Of a stretch of DNA of 64,000 bases, positions 39,365 to 48,584 are shown in pieces. Below the pieces are notes generated by a model. It ran no database searches and was not told where the DNA came from. It saw nothing but the letters and a program-made list of their open reading frames with translations. Numbering within the stretch: position 1 is the first letter of the stretch; every line of letters begins with the position of its first letter. The stretch covers positions 20,756-84,755 of the forward strand of contig CAMMWP010000003.1 of the NCBI GenBank assembly GCA_946500615.1. The letters are read 5' to 3'. Source of the stretch: an uncultured Clostridium sp. (GTDB taxonomy: Bacteria > Bacillota > Clostridia > TANB77 > CAG-508). The position numbers and the translations under genes are program-made.

Positions 39365-39592
39365 GTTACAGTTCAGACTTTCCACCTCAAGAGTAGTCAT
39401 ATAGTATATTCTAAGATTCTCGGCTACCCTCCAATTTTCGTTTAAGAAATTCTAATATCTAAATCGTAACAATACCCGGAAACAGGACCCTTTACGACTT
39501 ATATATAAGAATTTCTAAAACGATTCCGGTCGCATTCGAATCTTAAAATATACTATATGACTACTCTTGAGGTGGAAAGCCTGAACTGTAAC
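39365..39592 (+). repeat. Foldback element copy B
   Basis: Same core as copies A and C. The 57-bp arms have 2 mismatches. Flanked by the direct repeat gtccttaa on both sides. Confidence 0.8.
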
Positions 39593-39630
39593 GTCCTTAA
39601 AGTTCAATCTATAAAAAAATAAAAAAATGC

Positions 39631-39660
39631 TTGACAAAAAGCCAACAAATATGATAAGAT
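39631..39660 (+). promoter_or_regulatory. Candidate promoter of the infC operon (extended -10)
   Basis: TTGACA - 18 nt - TAAGAT with TG at -15/-14. Confidence 0.6.
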
Positions 39661-39666
39661 ATTAAG

Positions 39667-39795
39667 CGTTACAAGAAGAAGTCAAACTTCTCACCTTATC
39701 CAAAAGAGGAAAAAGGTTGGAAATTAAATAATTTTAGCATTTTATTATGCTAGTTTTATTTTAGATTTGACTTGTAACAAAAGTCAAATTTTTTT
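39667..39795 (+). promoter_or_regulatory. infC leader with terminator/antiterminator potential (L20-leader-like)
   Basis: Terminator tttgact-tgtaacaaa-agtcaaa followed by 7 T at 39766-39795. The upstream segment gttacaag..gtcaaa can alternatively pair with tttgacttgtaac. Confidence 0.5.
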
Positions 39796-39811
39796 ATTGG
39801 AGGTGTTTTGT

Positions 39812-40327
39812 ATAAAACAAGAATTACCAATTAATGGTCAAATAAGAGCAAAAGAAGTTCAATTAATAGGAGACAATGGAGAAAAAATAGGTATTATTTC
39901 TTTAAATGAAGCTTTAGGAAAAGCCGAAGAAAAGAACTTAGACTTAGTTTTAGTAGCTCCAAATACAAATCCACCAGTTTGTAAAATTATGAACTATGGA
40001 AAATATAAATTTGAACAAGCTAAAAAAGAAAAAGAAGCAAAAAAGAAACAAAAAAGTTTTGAAGTCAAAGAAATAAGAGTAACTCCTAATATTGAAGAAC
40101 ATGATTTTAGTTTTAAATCAAAAAATGCAAAAAAATTTATACAAGATGGAAATAAAGTAAAAATAACAGTCAGATTTAGAGGAAGAGAAGTAAATAATTC
40201 TAAAGCAGGTGAATTGGTACTAAACAAATTTATAGAAGATATGAGTGATGTAGCAGTAGTAGAAAAGGCACCAAAACTTGAAGGAAGAAATATGTTTACA
40301 ATTCTAGCTAAAAAGACTGAAAAATAA
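39812..40327 (+). CDS. infC: Translation initiation factor IF-3
   Basis: INGQIRAKEVQLIGDNGEKIGI... is typical IF-3. There is no ATG, GTG or TTG at a sensible distance from GGAGGTG. ATA at 39812 is the best-placed codon, and infC is known to use atypical start codons. The ORF-track TTG at 39767 lies inside the terminator. Confidence 0.85.
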   Translation: MKQELPINGQIRAKEVQLIGDNGEKIGIISLNEALGKAEEKNLDLVLVAPNTNPPVCKIMNYGKYKFEQAKKEKEAKKKQKSFEVKEIRVTPNIEEHDFSFKSKNAKKFIQDGNKVKITVRFRGREVNNSKAGELVLNKFIEDMSDVAVVEKAPKLEGRNMFTILAKKTEK

Positions 40328-40349
40328 AAATAGGAAGGAGAATCATATT

Positions 40350-40553
40350 ATGCCAAAACTAAAAACAAATAAAGCTGCTAAAAAAAGATATTCTTTAACA
40401 GCAACAGGAAAAGTAAAAAGAACAAAATCAAATAGGAGACATTTATTAGCAAACAAGACAAAAAGACAAAAAAAATCAGGAAAAGTACAAAATGGTTATG
40501 CAGACAAAACATGTGTCAATACAATCAAAAAATTATTACCATATGGTAACTAA
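40350..40553 (+). CDS. rpmI: 50S ribosomal protein L35
   Basis: MPKLKTNKAAKKRY..TATGKVKR. Confidence 0.9.
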   Translation: MPKLKTNKAAKKRYSLTATGKVKRTKSNRRHLLANKTKRQKKSGKVQNGYADKTCVNTIKKLLPYGN

Positions 40554-40665
40554 AATAATGAAGGTAATATATATTCACAAGGGGAGGGGGATAGAGTTTA
40601 TCCCTAGATAATTTGCCACAAAGAAAAAAGTGTCCCCTGTTAAATAAAAAAGGAAGGTGATAGAT

Positions 40666-41016
40666 ATGGCAAGAGTAAAAACAGCAAGAACAACAAGAGC
40701 AAGACACAAAAAAATATTAAAACAAGCTAAAGGATATTTTGGAGCAAAACATTATAGATTTAGAAATGCAAATCAAGCAGTGTTAAAATCTTTATCATAT
40801 GCGTATGTAGGAAGAAAAGATAAAAAGAGTAATTTTAGAAAATTATGGATAGCAAGAATTAATGCGGCTGCTAGAATGAATGGAACAACATATAGTAAAT
40901 TAATTGCTGGATTAAAAAAAGCAAATGTAACAATTAATAGAAAAATGTTAGCAGAGATTGCAGTAACAGATCCAAAAGCTTTTACAGAAATTGCAGATAT
41001 TGCAAAAAAAGCGTAA
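40666..41016 (+). CDS. rplT: 50S ribosomal protein L20
   Basis: [32 protein letters not shown] at 40666 follows GGAAGGTG. Confidence 0.95.
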   Translation: MARVKTARTTRARHKKILKQAKGYFGAKHYRFRNANQAVLKSLSYAYVGRKDKKSNFRKLWIARINAAARMNGTTYSKLIAGLKKANVTINRKMLAEIAVTDPKAFTEIADIAKKA

Positions 41017-41065
41017 AAATAATAAGTGGTATAAAAAATTAAATTTTATACGATAAAAAAAGATG

Positions 41066-41097
41066 AAGTTATTTTATAAAAATAGCTTTATTTTTTT
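41066..41097 (+). terminator. Terminator after rplT
   Basis: aagttatttt/aaaatagctt stem followed by a T run. Confidence 0.65.
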
Positions 41098-41238
41098 GAC
41101 TAAAGATATGAATTTTGGTAAAATAATCTCATAAAAATCAAGCAGAAAGGTGGAAAACAGTATGAAATTGAAAGATGTAAATTGGCGGAAAAAATACCCC
41201 AACAAATTGGAGAATGAACAATTTTTCCCGCCCGTTTT

Positions 41239-41652
41239 CTATTGCTTTTTCATTTTAGGTTTAGAAATTAGAGAAGCCAAATATCCAAAGAAGATAGCAG
41301 CGGCAATGCCACCAGCAGCAGCCTTTACGCCTCCAGTAAAAGCACCAATAAGTCCTATATTTTTAACTTCTTCAATAGCCCCTTTAGCCAAATTATACCC
41401 AAAGCCAGTTAAAGGAACAGTAGCCCCAGCCCCAGCAAACTCTACAAGATATTGATAAATGCCTAGCCCTCCTAGAATAGCACCCACAGTTACAAAAATA
41501 ACTAAAATTCTAGCAGGTGTTAATTTTGTCTTATCTATTAAAATTTGACCAATTACACAAATCAACCCGCCAACTACGAAGCATTTAAGAAGGGTAGACC
41601 ACTCAAAAATAGAACCCCAATCAACTTCATTCATATTCTTCATTCCTTTCAT
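41239..41652 (-). CDS. spoVAE: Stage V sporulation protein AE (AEb-type)
   Basis: Small 4-TM protein (VVGGLICVIGQILID) downstream of spoVAD. Confidence 0.8.
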   Translation of the reverse strand: MKGMKNMNEVDWGSIFEWSTLLKCFVVGGLICVIGQILIDKTKLTPARILVIFVTVGAILGGLGIYQYLVEFAGAGATVPLTGFGYNLAKGAIEEVKNIGLIGAFTGGVKAAAGGIAAAIFFGYLASLISKPKMKKQ

Positions 41653-41704
41653 ACTTTAAAAAATTGCATTATATATAACGAATATAATATTCTGATTAAA
41701 AATT

Positions 41705-42709
41705 TTATAAATTTTCAATGCTGATTGCATGAGCAATACCCGGAATAGATTCTCCCTGTTGAGAACTTGTAGAATTCATTAAAGCACCAGTAGCAATTAG
41801 TAAAATTCTTTTCATTTTTCTTTCTTTTAATTGTTTAAAGAAATATCCAGAAAATACAGTACCACAACAAGCACATCCACTGCCACCACTATGTGTATCT
41901 TGATTTTCTTTATCAAAAATTAAAACACCGCAATCATTATAATTATTTTTTATGTTATAACCATTGTTTTTTAACAAATCAATAGCAATTTCTTTGCCAA
42001 CATATCCTAAATCACCGCTAATAATAGCATCATAATAATTAGGACTTCTGCCAGTATCTGAAAAATGCATTACTAATGTATCTGCAAAACTTGGTGCCAT
42101 AGCAGCTCCCATATTATTACCATCTTTTATTCCCATATCTACAATCTTACCGGGGGTAATATGTGTAATATAAGGACCAGTACCATTTTTAGAAACAATA
42201 GCACTACCAGCACCTGTCACTGTCCATTGGCTAGTTGGTGGTCTTTGATTTCCAAGTTCGAGAGGAAAACGGAATTGTTTTTCAGCACTACAAAAATGAC
42301 TAGAAGTTGCACATACTACATTTTTAGCAAAACTTTCAACACAAATCGCACCTAAAGTCAAAGATTCTACAAAAGTTGAACAAGCACCAAAAACACCAAA
42401 GAAAGGTATATTTAATTCTCGTAATCCAAAACTAGAAGAAATACATTGATTTAATAAATCTCCTGCAAACATGCAATCTATTTCACTTGCAGATATACCA
42501 GCTTTTTGAATAACCATACTGACAGTTTCTTTAATAATTTTACTTTCTGCTTTTTCCCATGTTTTTTCACCCCAAAACTCATCTTCTAATGTTTGGTCAA
42601 AATACTTAGCCAAAGGACCTTCAGCTTCTTTTGGACCAACAATAGAAGCACATTCTAAAATAGAAGGGGGTGTTGTAAATTTGATAGTTTGTTTTCCTAA
42701 TTTTTCCAA
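41705..42709 (-). CDS. spoVAD: Stage V sporulation protein AD
   Basis: Thiolase-like fold collinear with B. subtilis SpoVAD (GPKE..GPL, FGACST, GGSGCACS, ATGALMN). Probable TTG start at 42709, 9 nt after AAAGGAG. The ATG at 42742 lies inside the palindromic repeat. Confidence 0.88.
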   Translation of the reverse strand: MEKLGKQTIKFTTPPSILECASIVGPKEAEGPLAKYFDQTLEDEFWGEKTWEKAESKIIKETVSMVIQKAGISASEIDCMFAGDLLNQCISSSFGLRELNIPFFGVFGACSTFVESLTLGAICVESFAKNVVCATSSHFCSAEKQFRFPLELGNQRPPTSQWTVTGAGSAIVSKNGTGPYITHITPGKIVDMGIKDGNNMGAAMAPSFADTLVMHFSDTGRSPNYYDAIISGDLGYVGKEIAIDLLKNNGYNIKNNYNDCGVLIFDKENQDTHSGGSGCACCGTVFSGYFFKQLKERKMKRILLIATGALMNSTSSQQGESIPGIAHAISIENL

Positions 42710-42735
42710 TTTATTTAACTCCTTTCTGCTCTTTT

Positions 42736-42926
42736 GGAACATTGGGGACAGGTTAAATCGGTCAATTTTTGGAACATTAGGGACAGACCAAATTGTTCAC
42801 ATTTTAGTTTTTTAATATAGAATTGTTTATGTTTTAAATATTTTGATACATCTCCAACATTTCAATGTTCAAAATGTGAACAATTTGGTCTGTCCCTAAT
42901 GTTCCAAAAATTGACCTGTCCCCATT
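42736..42926. repeat. Nested palindromic element filling the spoVAC-spoVAD intergenic gap
   Basis: Perfect 35-bp inverted repeat (42771-42805 / 42871-42905) nested inside outer arms ggggacagg..tcaattttt. Belongs to the GGGGACAG repeat family. Confidence 0.8.
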
Positions 42927-43392
42927 AAACTAAAGTAACGTTCTGTGTATTAAATATTAAATAAATAATGCCAACTAATATAGAGGCTGAGATACCAAAA
43001 ACTAAAACAGGTCCAGCGACAGTAAACATTTTTCCACCTACACCCATAACATAACCTTCTGATTTATATTCCATAGCAGGAGAGACAATAGAGTTGGAAA
43101 ATCCTGTTATAGGAATTAAGGAACCAGCTCCGGCAAACTTACCAATTTTATTAAAAATGTTTAATCCAGTAAGAAAAGCAGATAAACCGATTAATAAAAT
43201 GGAAACAATTGTCCCGGAAATTTGTGTATCAAATCCTCTTTCTTTGCAAATATTAAGTATAATCTGACCGATTGTACAAATGAATCCACCAACCCAAAAT
43301 GCATTGAAACAATTCTTTACAATAGGGGAATTTGGTGATTTTTTATCAACATACTCTTGATATGCTTTTTTTGTCTCTGTTGGATTTTCCAT
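42925..43392 (-). CDS. spoVAC: Stage V sporulation protein AC
   Basis: FNAFWVGGFICTIGQ and 4 TM helices. First gene of the spoVAC-AD-AE set. Confidence 0.88.
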   Translation of the reverse strand: MENPTETKKAYQEYVDKKSPNSPIVKNCFNAFWVGGFICTIGQIILNICKERGFDTQISGTIVSILLIGLSAFLTGLNIFNKIGKFAGAGSLIPITGFSNSIVSPAMEYKSEGYVMGVGGKMFTVAGPVLVFGISASILVGIIYLIFNTQNVTLV

Positions 43393-43413
43393 GATATATA
43401 ATTCCTTTCTTGA

Positions 43414-43641
43414 TTAAGCATCTTTATTATCTTTTCTATTTAAATCGATAGAAAATGAAATATCTAAGTCAACAAAATATTCGGAAATTTTGTCACCACT
43501 AATGCTTGCTCTTTGCTCTAAAATTTTTACATCAGACAAATAATCAATTGTTTTAGAAGCTTCTGCAACTGCTTTGACAATTGCATCTTTCCAAGAAACA
43601 GTTGAATTGCCAGTAATGATTAAATGTTTTTTAATTTCCAT
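43414..43641 (-). CDS. Dodecin-family protein
   Basis: 75 aa. The pattern IITGNSTVSWKDAIVKAVAEASKTI..L...KILE resembles dodecin flavin-binding proteins. Confidence 0.6.
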   Translation of the reverse strand: MEIKKHLIITGNSTVSWKDAIVKAVAEASKTIDYLSDVKILEQRASISGDKISEYFVDLDISFSIDLNRKDNKDA

Positions 43642-43768
43642 AAAATTACCTCCAAATCTTTTAAAGCTATGATTTCCAAAAATATAAAAAAATATACAAA
43701 AATGGTAGAAAAAATATAAATAAAATTATATAATTTAGAAAAAATAAGAAAAGAAGGAAATCAAACAA

Positions 43769-45097
43769 ATGGATAAGGTAAGAGAAATTGCGTTAAAAAC
43801 AATTTATAAAATTGATAAAGAAGAAGCATATGCCAATATTGCTTTAGATGAGATGATAAAAGAGCATAGGAACGAATTAGATGAGCGAGATATTGGGTTT
43901 ATATCAGAATTAACATATGGTGTCATTACATGGAAGTTAACATTAGACGAAATCATTAAAAAATATTCTCATTTAAAAATAAAAAAAATTTCTACATGGG
44001 TTTTGAACATATTGAGAATGGGAATTTATCAAATTGTATTTTTAGATAAAGTTCCAAAGTCAGCAAGTGTTAATGAAAGTGTGAACTTAGCCAAGCGATA
44101 TGGACATAGAGGCAGTTCTAATTTTGTAAATGCTATATTAAGAAAAGTAGAGAAACGTGATTATGAAGAATTATGGAATATACAAGATGATGTTGAAAGG
44201 ATTTCTAAAACCACATCTATGCCAGTTTGGATGGTAGAAGAATTACGAAAACAAAAAGATATAAAAGAAGTAGAACAAATTTGTAAAAATTCAAATATAA
44301 AACCAAAGGTAACCATCAGAATCAATACATTAAAAACCAGTAAGAAGGAATTAGAAAAGTTATTAGAAGATAGAAATATTCAATATGAAGAAGGCAAACT
44401 AGAGGATTTTTTCATGTTAGATAAGATAAAAAATATAGAAAAGTTAGACATATTTCAAAAAGGACTTTTTACGATTCAAGACGAAGGGGCTGGATTAATT
44501 GCTTATGCATTAGATGCGAAACCTCATGAAACCATATTAGATGCTTGTAGTAGCCCTGGAGGAAAAACTACCTATTTAGCAGAAATGATGAAAAACAAAG
44601 GAGAAATACAAGCATGGGATTTGCATGAACACAGAGTAAAACTAGTAGAAGAAAATGCAAAAAGATTAGGAATCAATATAATAAAAACCAAATGCCAAGA
44701 TGCAAGTATATATAAAGAAGAATATAAAGAAATGTTTGATAAAATTCTTTTAGATGTACCATGTTCGGGAAGTGGTGCATTAAAAAGAAAGCCAGATATC
44801 AAATGGAAAAGAAAAAAAGAAGATATTACAGAATTGATACATATACAAAAAAAGATTTTAGAAACCTGTTCAAAATATTTAAAACAAAAAGGAGAAATAC
44901 TATATGCGACATGTAGTATTTTTAGTGAGGAAAATGAAAAAATAATAGAAGAATTTTTGCAAGAAAATTCGAATTTTAAGCAGATAAAATTGTCGATACA
45001 AGAGTATATGGACTACATAGATGAAATGGGAAATATACAATTATATCAAGGAATAGAAAATGATGGATTTTTTATTAGTAAGTTATATAAAAAATAA
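43769..45097 (+). CDS. rsmB: 16S rRNA m5C967 methyltransferase
   Basis: NusB-like N-domain followed by a SAM MTase (DACSSPGGKT, DVPCSGSG, ATCS). Confidence 0.88.
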   Translation: MDKVREIALKTIYKIDKEEAYANIALDEMIKEHRNELDERDIGFISELTYGVITWKLTLDEIIKKYSHLKIKKISTWVLNILRMGIYQIVFLDKVPKSASVNESVNLAKRYGHRGSSNFVNAILRKVEKRDYEELWNIQDDVERISKTTSMPVWMVEELRKQKDIKEVEQICKNSNIKPKVTIRINTLKTSKKELEKLLEDRNIQYEEGKLEDFFMLDKIKNIEKLDIFQKGLFTIQDEGAGLIAYALDAKPHETILDACSSPGGKTTYLAEMMKNKGEIQAWDLHEHRVKLVEENAKRLGINIIKTKCQDASIYKEEYKEMFDKILLDVPCSGSGALKRKPDIKWKRKKEDITELIHIQKKILETCSKYLKQKGEILYATCSIFSEENEKIIEEFLQENSNFKQIKLSIQEYMDYIDEMGNIQLYQGIENDGFFISKLYKK

Positions 45098-45287
45098 ATA
45101 TTACAATTACATTACACTTGGATTACAATTGTATTAAAGATATTGATTTTTAAACCAGAAATGGTAGAATAAATTAGGATAAATTAGGAAATTTGTTAAA
45201 GATTGTTGGAAAATAGAAATTATTCAAGTATCAAAATTTGTTAAGTGCAAAAAATATAGATAAATAAAATAGAAAAAGGAGCAAAAG

Positions 45288-46907
45288 ATGGCTAACTGTT
45301 TAGGATTGTATGTAGAGAACAATATAATTAAATATGCGAAAGTTTCAAAAGAACATGAAAAAATAAAAGTAGAAGCTTTTGGAGTAAAGTTTTATGATAA
45401 TTTAGAAAAAGCAATAGACCAAATTGTAGAAGAAACATATAGTTATAAAACGCCAATAAGTATTAATTTGTCAGAAGAAGTATACAATTATTTTAATATG
45501 TTTGCAATGTTAAGTAATAAAGATTTATCAAAGGCAATTAAAACAGAATTTGAAATGTATTGTACTGACCAAGGATATAATTCAAATGTTTTTGAAACAC
45601 GATATGTGGCTTCAGAAAATCCATCAGATAAAGAAAAATTAAAAATTATTCATATTGCAGCCAATAAGATAGAATTAACAAAAAAACTTCAAGTGTTAGA
45701 AAAATATAAATTATCTAATATTATGCCAATTTCTATGACAATTGCTAATTTAATAGAAACAAAGCCAAAAGAAAATTGTATCATTGTAAATATGGAAGAA
45801 AATACAACAGTAACAACTATACTAAATGAAAATATATATAATATCCATGTGTTTGAGGAAGGAAGCCAAGAGTTTTTAAGAAAAATTAACTTAAAAGAAA
45901 ATTCTTTGGCAAAATCTTATGAAATTTGTAAAAATACCACAATCTATACATCAGAAGGTAAAGAACTTCAAGAAAATGAAATTGGTTATTTAGAAGATAT
46001 TATGCCAACACTATATACCATTGTTGGAAATGTAAGAAAAATCATCAATGAAAGTGAAGAAAAAATAGACAAGGTATATTTAACAGGTACAGCAACGTTA
46101 ATTAATAATTTGGATTTATATTTCCAAGAATATTTAAGTGAAATCAATTGTGAAATATTAAAACCCTATTTTATTAGTGCAACAAAGGATATTAGTGTAC
46201 AAGATTATATAGAAGTGAATTCAGCAATATCACTAGCATTATCCGGATTAGGACAAGGGGTACAAGGAATCAACTTTAAGAAGCAGAACTTTAATGATAA
46301 GATCCCAGATTGGTTAAAAATAGAAGTAAGCCCAGGAAAAGAAAAGAAAGGTAAATTAGCAACATCAGGATGGTTTACAAATGACTTAAAAGAAAAATTA
46401 GATAAAACAGAGATTAGTTTATTAAGAACAGCAGGCGGATTAGGTATTTTACTGATTGTATATACTTGTTTTTCAATATTACTAAATAACCAAATGGATA
46501 AGAAAGAACAACAAGCGCAAGAATCTATACGTAGTACGACAGCACAAATTCAACGTGTAGAAAGTGATAAAACAAAAATAGAATCAAGAACGAATGATTA
46601 TACGGAAATGATACAAAATTTACAAGATTTAAATGACAGAATTACAGATGCAAGTAAAACAAGAGATGCCATACCAAATTTATTGGATCGAATTATGTTT
46701 ATTATACCAGAGAATGTACAATTAACATCCATAAAAAATACAACAGGAACACATATTGTAATTCAAGCACAATCAAACAAATATGAACAATTAGGTATGT
46801 TCAAAGCAAAACTAGATACAGAAATGTATTTGACAAATGTCATTTCTACTTCAGGGCAACAAGAAAACAATGTTATTAAAGTAACGATAGAAGGAGATTT
46901 ACCATGA
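45288..46907 (+). CDS. pilM: Type IV pilus assembly protein, PilM-PilN fusion
   Basis: About 330 aa of actin-like PilM region, then a TM helix (GGLGILLIVYTCFSILL), a coiled coil and a PilN-like C-terminal domain. Confidence 0.65.
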   Translation: MANCLGLYVENNIIKYAKVSKEHEKIKVEAFGVKFYDNLEKAIDQIVEETYSYKTPISINLSEEVYNYFNMFAMLSNKDLSKAIKTEFEMYCTDQGYNSNVFETRYVASENPSDKEKLKIIHIAANKIELTKKLQVLEKYKLSNIMPISMTIANLIETKPKENCIIVNMEENTTVTTILNENIYNIHVFEEGSQEFLRKINLKENSLAKSYEICKNTTIYTSEGKELQENEIGYLEDIMPTLYTIVGNVRKIINESEEKIDKVYLTGTATLINNLDLYFQEYLSEINCEILKPYFISATKDISVQDYIEVNSAISLALSGLGQGVQGINFKKQNFNDKIPDWLKIEVSPGKEKKGKLATSGWFTNDLKEKLDKTEISLLRTAGGLGILLIVYTCFSILLNNQMDKKEQQAQESIRSTTAQIQRVESDKTKIESRTNDYTEMIQNLQDLNDRITDASKTRDAIPNLLDRIMFIIPENVQLTSIKNTTGTHIVIQAQSNKYEQLGMFKAKLDTEMYLTNVISTSGQQENNVIKVTIEGDLP

Positions 46908-47620
46908 AAAAATTACTAATACTAATATTGATTGCACTTGTATTAACATTAACAATTTTTACAATTGTAAAAGGATTAGAAATTGGTAGCTTTCAAATAT
47001 TAGGAATCAAACAAATACAAGACAAAAATGCAGAACTAGAAGATAGTGTAACACAGGCTACTAAATTAGCTAGTTCTAATTTTCCAAGTACAGTCAGTGA
47101 ATTAAATGCTAGTATGAATAATTTACAAAAACAAAAAACAGCATATGAAGACATGGTAGCAGTTAGTGAAACTGATGATGTTGAAACAGCTAGTCAATTA
47201 TCAAATTATAATTTGGATTTCTTATGGACGCAAATTGGTACACATGCAACTAGTGAAGGTGTTAACATAGATATGGCATTGACACAAGGTGCAGGGGGAC
47301 AAAATGTTTATAATATTAATTTTACAGCAGTAGGAAGTTATGTAGGAATATCTGAATTTATACGAGATATAGAAGATGATTCTGATTTGGCATTTAAAAT
47401 AGAAGAATTTTCTATGTCAGCAGGGGAATCTACTTCACAGTTAAGAGCTACATTTGTTTGTAAAAACATACCAATAGAAGGAATTTCTTCAATAGATACA
47501 CAAACACAAAATAATTCACAAAACACAACAAATACAACAAATACAACGAATACAACCAATACAGCTAACACGACAAATACAACAAATGCAACTAATACAG
47601 CAAATACAACAACTGAATAA
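46904..47620 (+). CDS. pilO: PilO-like pilus assembly protein with an N/T-rich repeat tail
   Basis: N-terminal TM, coiled coil and ferredoxin-like region (GSYVGISEFIRDIE). The start overlaps the pilMN stop (ATGA). Confidence 0.5.
   Translation: MKKLLILILIALVLTLTIFTIVKGLEIGSFQILGIKQIQDKNAELEDSVTQATKLASSNFPSTVSELNASMNNLQKQKTAYEDMVAVSETDDVETASQLSNYNLDFLWTQIGTHATSEGVNIDMALTQGAGGQNVYNINFTAVGSYVGISEFIRDIEDDSDLAFKIEEFSMSAGESTSQLRATFVCKNIPIEGISSIDTQTQNNSQNTTNTTNTTNTTNTANTTNTTNATNTANTTTE
47521..47614 (+). repeat. Imperfect 9-bp tandem repeat (aatacaaca) encoding (NTT)n
   Basis: About 10 units at the 3' end of the pilO-like gene. Confidence 0.7.
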
Positions 47621-47631
47621 AGGAGGCTAAA

Positions 47632-48066
47632 ATGGCTAAAAAAGTAATAAAAGAAATCATTATTATGCTATTATTGTGTCTGGCAATCATCTTAGTATTA
47701 GGAGTTTTATTATATGAATATGTACCAAGTAATAAGATTATACCAGAAGAAGTGTCATATACAACACCACAAGAAGTGCAAGAAGAATTAAGCAAGAGTG
47801 AAGATGTTGAAAATGACCAAGTAATTTTGACATATAGTATTGATGCAACAGATTTAAATAATTATGAAAGAATCAACAGTTATGTTCCTGGAAAGACAAA
47901 TCCATTTTCATCTTATGATACATCATCAACAAGTGGAAATGGTAGCAGTTCAAATGGATCTAATAATCAATCAAATAATTCTAACAATTCAAATAATACT
48001 AGCAATTCAGAAGAAACAGATGATAATACAAATACAGGATATTTCCCAAATAAAGGGACAAAATAA
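47632..48066 (+). CDS. Membrane-anchored hypothetical protein with an S/N-rich tail (pilus locus)
   Basis: AGGAGG RBS, N-terminal TM helix, low-complexity SSNGSNNQSNNSNNSNN tail. Confidence 0.5.
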   Translation: MAKKVIKEIIIMLLLCLAIILVLGVLLYEYVPSNKIIPEEVSYTTPQEVQEELSKSEDVENDQVILTYSIDATDLNNYERINSYVPGKTNPFSSYDTSSTSGNGSSSNGSNNQSNNSNNSNNTSNSEETDDNTNTGYFPNKGTK

Positions 48067-48153
48067 TTAATAAGTTATTAATGTTATGTTTTTTAAACAT
48101 AAAAACATAAATAAAATATATATATTTATTTCAAAAGAAAAGGAGGATAAACA

Positions 48154-48552
48154 ATGAGAAACCAAAGAGGTATTACTTTAATCGCATTAGTTATCACAAT
48201 TATTGTTTTATTAATTTTAGCAGGAGTGTCAATTGCAATGCTTACAGGTGACAATGGAATTTTAACAAAAGCAACACAAAGTAGCGAAGATACTCAAAAA
48301 GCAGAAATTTCAGAAAAGGTAAATATGGCTATTCAAGCAGCATATGCAGATGCAGTTCTTGAAAATACAGCTGACCCAGACTTAACAGTTGATGATATAG
48401 CAACTCAATATAAAGCTGATAATCCAAGCGCTACTGCAACAGCAAGTGGTACAACACTTTCAATTACAGAAGATAGTAAAACATATAGTGTAACTTTAGA
48501 AGCAAAAAATAATTCTTATGTAACAAGTGCAGATAACGTTACAATTCAATAA
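48154..48552 (+). CDS. Pilin-like protein 1 (non-canonical class III signal)
   Basis: MRNQRG/ITLIALVITIIVLLILAGVSIAMLTGDNGILTKA. AGGAGG RBS. Confidence 0.7.
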   Translation: MRNQRGITLIALVITIIVLLILAGVSIAMLTGDNGILTKATQSSEDTQKAEISEKVNMAIQAAYADAVLENTADPDLTVDDIATQYKADNPSATATASGTTLSITEDSKTYSVTLEAKNNSYVTSADNVTIQ

Positions 48553-48584
48553 AAAAGAAAAAATAAGAGAAAGGAAATTTGATT

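Noticed and set aside
41150-41455. 101-aa ORF on the + strand
   Set aside because: It lies antisense to the well-supported spoVAE gene. It has Ala/Pro-rich shadow-frame composition and no RBS.
42710-42742. N-terminal 11-codon extension of spoVAD starting at the ATG at 42742
   Set aside because: That ATG lies inside the palindromic repeat and has no RBS. The TTG at 42709 has a well-spaced AAAGGAG and matches the Bacillus SpoVAD N-terminus.
45098-45287. c-di-GMP riboswitch upstream of the pilus genes (also 48067-48153 before the pilins)
   Set aside because: The regions are extremely AT-rich, with no GC-rich conserved riboswitch helices that I can recognise.
47864-48070. 68-aa ORF in an alternative frame
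   Set aside because: It overlaps the low-complexity 3' part of the 47632-48066 gene. It is an artefact of the repetitive N/S codons.
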